From positions 7,936,001 through 8,000,000 of the forward strand of contig OZ244207.1 of assembly GCA_965216875.1 (NCBI GenBank): a stretch of DNA of 64,000 bases, in the 5' to 3' direction. Positions 58,101-64,000 of this stretch are shown piece by piece. A program made the translations under genes and the position numbers. The first letter of the stretch is position 1. Each line of letters starts with the position of its first letter. A model generated the notes under the pieces. That model ran no database searches. It was not told the DNA's origin and was given only the letters and a program-made list of their open reading frames with translations. The stretch is from Rubripirellula sp. Its GTDB lineage: Bacteria; Planctomycetota; Planctomycetia; Pirellulales; Pirellulaceae.

Positions 58101-60455
58101 GCCGCTGACGAATCGACGCCAACCTTGCGTTCCAAGCAGCAAGTCGAGTGATTCTTCGGCGCCCTCTTCGTCGCTCAAGTAAAAGTTGGCGTGTTCCAAA
58201 TCTTCTGGCGACTGAACTTCGCTGGTCAGCATAAAATGGGTCTGCATCGATGGTCGTTCGTCTTCTTCAAGACTGAGCGCGGCATCGTCGACGACCGCGA
58301 TGCCCAGGATCGCCGGTGCTGGCTTGCCCTCTTCGTCAGTCACTTTCAACTTCAGTCGCAACGGTTCGCCGGGTGAACGTTCGTGGTCTGCTTCCGTACC
58401 GACAAGTGACACATTCAATTGCTGGTCGTTGCGACGGAAAACGAGTCGTTCGACAAGTGGTTGATGCGAATCGCCATCGATCACCGTGACGCGGATCACG
58501 CCACTGATGCCATTGCGAATGGGCAAAGTCAATTTGTTGTCGCCAAGGAGTAGCTGCTTTTGAAGCTCACCAACCAGCTGGCCGCGACAAACCGCACGAA
58601 CGATCGCGGTTCGCTTCGAGTTCGAACGCAGGACAAGCGAGAGTTGTTTGTTCGCTCCGAACACGCCAGTGCCTGTGTCCATGACGGGCAAGTCCTTGAC
58701 GACCGCAGGAAGTTTGGGTGTGTTGGTGACGTCGACCGGTTGCAAGACCTTTAAGGTGTATCGTTCGCCCATGGAAGGAACAAATTCGAAGCGTCCCATT
58801 CCGTCACGTACGGTCTGGATCGTGGCGACACTTTGGCCCGAGCGTGATTGGATTTCGCCTTGCACATGGATCGGCTCGCCGAGCGAGTCGCGAGCAGAAA
58901 AGTAAACTCGATTGAGCAGGCCTTCGACCAAGTATCCACCCTCGGGGTAAAACTCGACCTCGACGCGTCCGAGCTGGATCGGAATCGTTTTCGATTGTGT
59001 CTCTTGAGTGGCTCCATCGTCGACGGTGATCGAGAGGCGGCCGGTGCCGTCACGAACGAATTCGGGAAGGTTGAACGTCGCAACGAGTGTCCCATCGGCA
59101 GCCGTCGTTGTCGCTTGTTCATGAATCACATCGCCATCGACTACGGCGGTGACCTGTGCTGAGACGTTCGCCAGCGGACCACCGGTTGCAAGCTCGGCTT
59201 TGAATTCGGCTTCGACCGTTTCGCCGGGACCATAACTGCGACGTCGAAACTCGATTTCTTTCTTGAACTGAGGAACGCGGTAAGCTCGCACTTGGACTTC
59301 ACGTTCTTCATCAGGGAAGAAGCCGTCAAGGCTTTTCGCGACCAGCTTGTACGTTCCGCCAGCAGCCGTCGTCGGGAGTGTGAACGCACCGTTGCCAACG
59401 CCTGATTCGGTGACACCTTCGGTGTACATGCCAGCGACGGCAGCGCCACTTGGATCAAAGAGCTCAAAGCGAATCGGAACTTCGAAACCTGCTTGCAACG
59501 TGCGACGCTGCAACGTGAGCGAGCGGAAAAAGATCGTTTCGCCGGGTCGGTACACGGGACGATCGATCGATAGGTGCGTGATGCAACGTGTTGGCTCGAG
59601 AGGGATTTCGAGTGTCGATCGACTGACTTGGCCGCCGGCAGAGGTGGCGGTCACGACCAAACTTGAACCTTCGGGGATCAACAATGAATCGGGAAGGACG
59701 ACGCGCCCCGAACCATCACTGTTGGTTTCGGCAGTGCCCGAAAAGAGCACATTCCTTTGACACAGCACCGAGAACGAGAGCGACGCGGGCACAACCGGGA
59801 AACCTTGGACGGCCCCTGCATCCATGCGTGATGTCGTGAAGCGAAACTCGTTGCTCGATGCAGCTTCATGCGCTGTGGCTGGTTCGGCTTGAACTCGCAG
59901 CGCCGCCACGGGCTGTTCGGGGGCACGCTCGGTGTAGTTCCAAGCGATGATTGCGAAACCGATCGAAGCGGCCGTTGCGGCGATCACGGTCGAACGCCGG
60001 ATCCACTCACGCGTACTCAAACGAGTCACCGGTTTCGCTGGTGGTGCTGGCGTTTCCGATGGTTGGGTTGGCTTCGCTGGTGGTTCCTCGACCAAGTCGG
60101 CTAGCACGGGAGGCTCGTCGTCGGCTTTGCTGTCTGTTTTGTCGGCCGTGTTCAGATCGCCGAGTCGATTGGCGGGAACGGTCGCAAACGTTGGGTCCGA
60201 GGTGTCCACATGGGAGCGGCCATTGGAACTTGGTTGTGCGTCGACCAACGCACGAACGTCAAAGTCAGGCGTTTGCGGTGATTGCGCTTTCGCGGCGTTT
60301 GCAATCTTGCCGGCTAGCCGCAATGTTTCGGCCCACAGGGCCGCCACGTCGGGTTCGGTCTCGATTCGGCTACGAAGCTCGTTTGCTTCTTGCTCGTCCA
60401 GCAAGTCGTAGTGAAGTTCGAGGAGTTCTTGTTGCAGTTGTTCTTTGGAGTTCAT
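55161..60455 (-). CDS. Alpha-2-macroglobulin-family thioester protein with N-terminal anti-sigma-like domain
   Basis: IDRPVYRPGETI.FR (MG2), FYPEGG, IAVVDDAAL, VREDFAETLYWQP...DSVTTF, thioester PHGCFEQTS (CFEQ at 56598-56609) and C-terminal PGKY.GPASR.YLYY. N-terminal LLELHYDLLDEQEA..LRSRIE plus a TM. Confidence 0.92.
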   Translation of the reverse strand: MNSKEQLQQELLELHYDLLDEQEANELRSRIETEPDVAALWAETLRLAGKIANAAKAQSPQTPDFDVRALVDAQPSSNGRSHVDTSDPTFATVPANRLGDLNTADKTDSKADDEPPVLADLVEEPPAKPTQPSETPAPPAKPVTRLSTREWIRRSTVIAATAASIGFAIIAWNYTERAPEQPVAALRVQAEPATAHEAASSNEFRFTTSRMDAGAVQGFPVVPASLSFSVLCQRNVLFSGTAETNSDGSGRVVLPDSLLIPEGSSLVVTATSAGGQVSRSTLEIPLEPTRCITHLSIDRPVYRPGETIFFRSLTLQRRTLQAGFEVPIRFELFDPSGAAVAGMYTEGVTESGVGNGAFTLPTTAAGGTYKLVAKSLDGFFPDEEREVQVRAYRVPQFKKEIEFRRRSYGPGETVEAEFKAELATGGPLANVSAQVTAVVDGDVIHEQATTTAADGTLVATFNLPEFVRDGTGRLSITVDDGATQETQSKTIPIQLGRVEVEFYPEGGYLVEGLLNRVYFSARDSLGEPIHVQGEIQSRSGQSVATIQTVRDGMGRFEFVPSMGERYTLKVLQPVDVTNTPKLPAVVKDLPVMDTGTGVFGANKQLSLVLRSNSKRTAIVRAVCRGQLVGELQKQLLLGDNKLTLPIRNGISGVIRVTVIDGDSHQPLVERLVFRRNDQQLNVSLVGTEADHERSPGEPLRLKLKVTDEEGKPAPAILGIAVVDDAALSLEEDERPSMQTHFMLTSEVQSPEDLEHANFYLSDEEGAEESLDLLLGTQGWRRFVSGTASEADVDFRQQLIRLLELDGEEIAAVPPSFDNRGTFDQQFHQYRVALAGAWEHLLVQARFLMLAVLLIWLGAVVVRLRSAAHSSVAALLLVTSVSWLLVGCSASENSVIMPASQQVDERADAAMETEEFSAKVESRNRRTEPSATPPPAPMADAPAAGAVADAATDDPVIEAPEEAPADSAVVAQTGPGFANRSNLANRSTGENDDSDNARYAKYHAISKGDRADVSRLISPEQLEQLLNARGIDAKTLADQLMSELQFPVRQYAHQHPKRSDEVREDFAETLYWQPLVKTDSQGEASIRFDLSDSVTTFRVHVDGHSLDGRLGSGGGMVTSRLPFQIEPKLPLEVTTGDRIDLPVAVINATDSDVGIELAVKASDELKVADQDTQMLSLGGNQRTRHHVAIDVVEGSAEIDAEIEIGGVAGTSLRDTVRRKVHISPAGYPASESLAGVLTRRATVQLPVPNDIVDGSLAVTLRAYPSPLADVMSGVESILREPHGCFEQTSATNYPNTMALQYMQKNDIANPDVSRRARGMLDRGYTKLTSFECEKRGYEWFGKDPGHEALSAFGLMQFTDMAAIMEVNDVMMVRTRKWLMGRRDGKGGFHRNPRHLHVWSVKQEIVNAYVLWAISEADVATGHSQRAASELATEIDHMHSVANKSDDPYLIALSAATLMNVKRTTEGEALLQKLAQAQGEDGLLQGKTTVTSSGGVSLKVETTALATLAFIKSPKYIDNARAAAKWITTNRRGNAGFGSTQATVLALKALVAIAEHSGNSGGGGKLQVLLHGEVIGQAELPTRPESGSTVEIVGLGQHLQDAEPGATIELVAKNARNLSYSIDLSYHAITPRSDDGCPFELTTNLNADANVAAGDTMTVSTVLENKTDQGQPMTVAIVGLPGGLEPRQDELDELKEAGEFDYYELRGREVVFYWRTIAPRESKEIEFTVTAEIPGKYTGPASRTYLYYTAEQKVWVEPLAVEIAMP

Positions 60456-60994
60456 GATTGACCTCCCACTGATTCACGAAGCTGTCGAATGGCAGCACGC
60501 ATTCGGGTCTTGACGGTGCCCAGCGGCAGGGAAGTTGCTTCGGCGATTTGTTCGTAGGTGAGCGAGCCGTTTTGGCGGAGCAAGAAGACTTCTTGCTCTT
60601 CCGGACGCAGGTTCAGCACCGCGTGCTGCAGCGTCTGCAATTGCTCGTCTCGCATCAGGCCCGCGTCGGGCCCATCGGCGGTCGATACCATTTGCACATC
60701 CTCGACAATCGACTGCCGCCGCCGATTCCAAGCGGTCTTGCGACAGTCACGGCCAGTGTTAAGAGCGACGCGAAACACCCATGCCTTGAGGTTGGTGACT
60801 TCCGAGATTTGATCTTGGCGTCGCCAACACTTCAGGAAGGTTTCTTGCAGCGCGTCGCGTGCGTCTTCCATGTTGCCGACCAGGTAAAACAGCGTCCCCA
60901 AGATTTCTCCGTGCGCATCCGCAAACAGCGTCTCGAGCCGTTGGCCAGAGTCCGCCGTCTCGTGCGATTCGGACGTCGGGGGCGTGGTTTTCAT
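60452..60994 (-). CDS. ECF (sigma-70 group 4) RNA polymerase sigma factor
   Basis: DARDALQETFLKCW, AWVFRVALN, L.PEEQEVFLLR and YEQIAE.....GTVKTRM; ATGA overlap with the downstream gene. Confidence 0.95.
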   Translation of the reverse strand: MKTTPPTSESHETADSGQRLETLFADAHGEILGTLFYLVGNMEDARDALQETFLKCWRRQDQISEVTNLKAWVFRVALNTGRDCRKTAWNRRRQSIVEDVQMVSTADGPDAGLMRDEQLQTLQHAVLNLRPEEQEVFLLRQNGSLTYEQIAEATSLPLGTVKTRMRAAIRQLRESVGGQS

Positions 60995-61120
60995 GGTTCT
61001 GCAGGTATGACGACAAGGCCGCCGCCACGGATTTCATTTTCTGCCAGAAATCCAGCGTGCCGCTCATTCTAGCCCCGTTAGGGACAGGGCATGCTGGCGA
61101 TCCGATCCGCGAACGCTGAC

Positions 61121-61271
61121 CGTGAGTCGAACGCGTTAGCGTCGGGCTTTTGTTCCGTAGCTACGCTCGCCAGAGCGTGGTTTAAGTGGGATGCGGACAA
61201 CCAATGCGGACCACCTTCTGGCGAAGGTAGCTACCAGCAGGCAAGGTCCCGAACGCAGCACGTTCGGCTCA
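61121..61271. repeat. Nested REPIN: C pair inside B pair
   Basis: B at 61121-61147, C1 (GTAGCTACGCTCGCCAGAGCGTGG) at 61157-61180, inverted C2 at 61211-61234 and degenerate B' at 61245-61271. Confidence 0.88.
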
Positions 61272-63116
61272 AAGCTGTTCGATGCGTTTGAGCGATTCGG
61301 GCGGGATGAGCCCGTACGTGTGAATGTCGTCGAAATGGACTTTGGCGCCGGGGACGACCAGCTGAACGAATCCATTGGCTGCTTCAGGATTGGCGCGCAC
61401 ACTGCCGATTAATTCGCCGTTGAAGAAGGCAAACCAATACTCACCTTGTAACTCGGCTCGCACAAATTGATAACGTGGCACGTCCTCGCCGTCGTCGGCC
61501 GGGCTGATGACCAGTTCCTCTTTGACGTCGAGTTTGCCTTTCAACCCTTCACGCGAACCCAAGAAGACTCTGTCTTTCTCGACACGGACAGCGAAGCGAT
61601 CCGCTTCATCGAAGTCTTTGTTGGTGAATCCAAAATGAATCTCAGCAGCCTCGGCCGATTGCAGGTCGACGCCGACATTGATGCCGACCGCATCAGGAAG
61701 TCCTTCATAGAGTGTGCTTGGACGAGGGATCGATTTTGCCCATGACCCACGCGTTCCTTGCAAGATCGTTCCCCCTTCGGCATCTTGCCCGCGGCTCCAC
61801 AACCCAGATTGAGAGAGCAGGTCGACTTGTTGGCCATTGAACAAGGGGACTTGCCAGCCGCTGACAAGCATCGTCGGCTGCGGCGGTGACATGAGGAAAA
61901 AGGCAAGCCACGCGATGCCAGCGAGGACCGCGGTGATCGCGATCAAGCGAACGAAGATGGGCGGCTTTGAGCCGGGTTTGGGTGAGGGTGTGGATGCCGG
62001 TGTGTCGCGAGTGATCGATGGATGCGAGTCATGCAGTTTGATCGGCGCTAGCGATCGGTTTTGCGAGTCGGTGAGACCGTCGATGCGTTCGATCAGCGTT
62101 TGATAGTCACCGATGCGATCGTCGGGATCGGTTTCCATCATGTCGTCGATCAACGCGCGAACACTGTCGGGCAAATCGGCAGGCAATCGATCCGCGTCGT
62201 ACTTCTTGCCAGTCAACTTGGCGGCGATCAATTTCGACACCCTTGATTCGGCAAGCGGCGGTTTGCCGGTAAGCATGTTGACCAGGGTTGCGCCCAACGC
62301 ATAAATGTCGGCGCGATGATCGGTCGGGTCCCCCGAAAGCTGTTCGGGGGCGCAGTACATTGGCGTTCCGAGTGCCGCACCACTCATTGTTAATCGGGTT
62401 GCGTCTTCGTTGTCCGCATGGGGGCTTAGTCGAGCAAGGCCGAAGTCGGCGATCTTGACCAGTGGTACGCCTGGCGGAAGGTCATATCCAGTGGGGACTG
62501 CCGTCAGGATCAGATTGCCTGGCTTGATGTCTCGATGAACGATCTGTTGAGACAGTGCGTGTGAGAGTCCCGACGCGGTTTGTCGCACAATCGAAAGTGC
62601 CGTTGGCAAATCCATCGCGCCATCACTGTCAAGTTTCTCGCGCAGGTCCGTCCCTTCGACGAGTTCCATCACCAAGTAGAGCCGGCGATTGTGAGAGCCC
62701 GAATCAAACGCGCTGACAATGTTTGGATGTTGCAACCTTCCGATCGCCGCCCCTTCTTGTTGGAATCGGGCGGCAACGTTTTGTTCGACAAGACGATTCT
62801 GCAGGATCGCCTTGATGGCGACGTCACGTTTGAGATGCGGCTGGTGTGCTCGATAAACAACTCCTAGGCCGCCGTAGCCAAGCACATCGACAAGCTCAAA
62901 CCCGGGAGCAAGATCGGTCGGCGCCGCAAAGGCTTCCGCAATCTCGACGTCGATTGGACGAAGCATCCCCGTTTCAAGTGCAACCTGGGACGCTGTTTTG
63001 GCGCGATCGACCGATTCACGCCGCAGCGTTTCAGCCTGGTCGGCTGAGAGCAGACTTCGCGCATGCGCTGCGGTGATGAACGCATCCGATTTTTCGGTAT
63101 CAAAATCAGAACTCAT
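61269..63116 (-). CDS. Membrane Ser/Thr (Hanks-type) protein kinase with C-terminal DUF1080/LamG-like domain
   Basis: LGYGGLGVVY, VAIK, HRDIKPGN, DFGLA, GTPMYCAPEQ and DIYALG; one TM; GWQVPLFNG...VHFDDI. Start trimmed to MSSDF. Confidence 0.93.
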   Translation of the reverse strand: MSSDFDTEKSDAFITAAHARSLLSADQAETLRRESVDRAKTASQVALETGMLRPIDVEIAEAFAAPTDLAPGFELVDVLGYGGLGVVYRAHQPHLKRDVAIKAILQNRLVEQNVAARFQQEGAAIGRLQHPNIVSAFDSGSHNRRLYLVMELVEGTDLREKLDSDGAMDLPTALSIVRQTASGLSHALSQQIVHRDIKPGNLILTAVPTGYDLPPGVPLVKIADFGLARLSPHADNEDATRLTMSGAALGTPMYCAPEQLSGDPTDHRADIYALGATLVNMLTGKPPLAESRVSKLIAAKLTGKKYDADRLPADLPDSVRALIDDMMETDPDDRIGDYQTLIERIDGLTDSQNRSLAPIKLHDSHPSITRDTPASTPSPKPGSKPPIFVRLIAITAVLAGIAWLAFFLMSPPQPTMLVSGWQVPLFNGQQVDLLSQSGLWSRGQDAEGGTILQGTRGSWAKSIPRPSTLYEGLPDAVGINVGVDLQSAEAAEIHFGFTNKDFDEADRFAVRVEKDRVFLGSREGLKGKLDVKEELVISPADDGEDVPRYQFVRAELQGEYWFAFFNGELIGSVRANPEAANGFVQLVVPGAKVHFDDIHTYGLIPPESLKRIEQL

Positions 63117-63309
63117 GATGCGCAGTGAAGGTCCCGGCGAGCCGTTTCGAGACAGCGAGCATCCCGGTCGCGAAGGAATTCGAGACGGGTGCCAGCGTCC
63201 ATTTTGGATGAAAGGGGCTGCCACCAGGATACTACGCCGATGGCCGTTACGCCCACCGCCCAGAACGGATCTGGGCAGAAACCGTAACGGCTGATATTCA
63301 AAGCCGTGG

Positions 63310-63936
63310 CTACATCAGAGAGTCAAGTTGCGTCAAAAGCGCCTTGATCGAGGGGCGGTCGCTCGGATCACGTCCGACGTAGGACAACACCACCTGCCCC
63401 TCTTTGTCGATGATGAACGATGACGGAAATGCCACTCTCGCTTCGATATCAAGCTGTTTGACGGCCGTCAGGTTTTCATCCAGCAAAATGGGGAACGGAA
63501 AATTGGCTTCCGACGAATCCTTCAAGCTTGCTTGACGAAAGTCATCGATCTGGCCGGTTTTGCCTGGATAGACAAGCAAGACTTCGGTGTTGCGTTCCAC
63601 GAATTTCTCGTAGTTGGCAATCAAACGAGAGGTCTGTGTTGTGCAATAGGGACAGATCTGGCCAGAAAAGCCACGTGTGAAGACGAGCAGAACATGTTGG
63701 TTGCCGATGAAGTCGGCGAGTTTGACTGATTGGCCGTTCGTGTCGACAAACTCGAGATCGGTCACGCTGCCGGGAGATTCGCGGTTCGTTTCGACGCTCT
63801 CTTCGAATTCAATGCTCGCGGGATCAAAATCGTAGTAAGACGATGTCGATGGTGATTGGGAGCAGCCAAGTGTGCCCAGGACTGGCAACAGCGTCACCAG
63901 CAATATCAAGGCTGTTGATCGAGACATGAAGTCCAT
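63310..63936 (-). CDS. AhpC/TSA (peroxiredoxin-like) lipoprotein
   Basis: Lipobox TLGC; V.L.DF, FTRG....CPYC, FPILLD and PSSFIIDKEG. Confidence 0.88.
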   Translation of the reverse strand: MDFMSRSTALILLVTLLPVLGTLGCSQSPSTSSYYDFDPASIEFEESVETNRESPGSVTDLEFVDTNGQSVKLADFIGNQHVLLVFTRGFSGQICPYCTTQTSRLIANYEKFVERNTEVLLVYPGKTGQIDDFRQASLKDSSEANFPFPILLDENLTAVKQLDIEARVAFPSSFIIDKEGQVVLSYVGRDPSDRPSIKALLTQLDSLM

Positions 63937-64000
63937 CCGAATCGATTTCGCTTCGATGTGTGAGTGAATTGACGATACGTCAGTATAGCGGTGAATCCCC

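Noticed and set aside
61005..61040. Autoregulatory ECF promoter (minus strand TGAAAT-N18-CGTC)
   Set aside because: Plausible position, but the spacing is atypical and I found no second copy to support it.
1..64000. Prophage, IS element, integron or anti-phage defence island
   Set aside because: No integrase, transposase, phage structural or recognisable defence genes, and no obvious compositional shift by eye.

Overview
Gene-dense bacterial window with uniform moderately high GC and strong Planctomycetota (Pirellulaceae-like) hallmarks: a LEPR-XLL-type N-terminal motif, a PSCyt/DUF1549-DUF1553 plus DUF1501 pair, and GTAG-type REP palindromes. I see no rRNA, tRNA, CRISPR array, transposase or prophage. 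Main blocks: (1) a giant minus-strand surface protein absent from the ORF track (LEDRVLL leader, DUF4347, LamG, CBM9-like; runs off the window start), divergent from a four-gene operon of TolC, two membrane-fusion proteins and an M50-protease/MFP fusion, with no ABC ATPase or RND pump; (2) cdd/pdp salvage, HtrA, transglutaminase-like, hydrolase and class IV aminotransferase genes; (3) a sugar ABC transporter followed by an MCE-like protein and a fused MlaF-MlaE; (4) FAAL-ACP plus a single fully reducing PKS module with no release domain; (5) small genes including a membrane-anchored nuclease-toxin-like protein with a Zn-finger neighbour; (6) BlaI plus a 1733-aa M56 sensor with a readable promoter and operators; (7) an ECF sigma factor coupled to an anti-sigma-like/alpha-2-macroglobulin fusion with an intact CxEQ thioester, next to a Ser/Thr kinase. 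Five intergenic mosaics of three REP families are present. The best candidates for undescribed systems are the ABC-less type-I-like secretion locus and the ECF/alpha-2-macroglobulin sensor. All domain calls come from motif recognition by eye; no searches were run.
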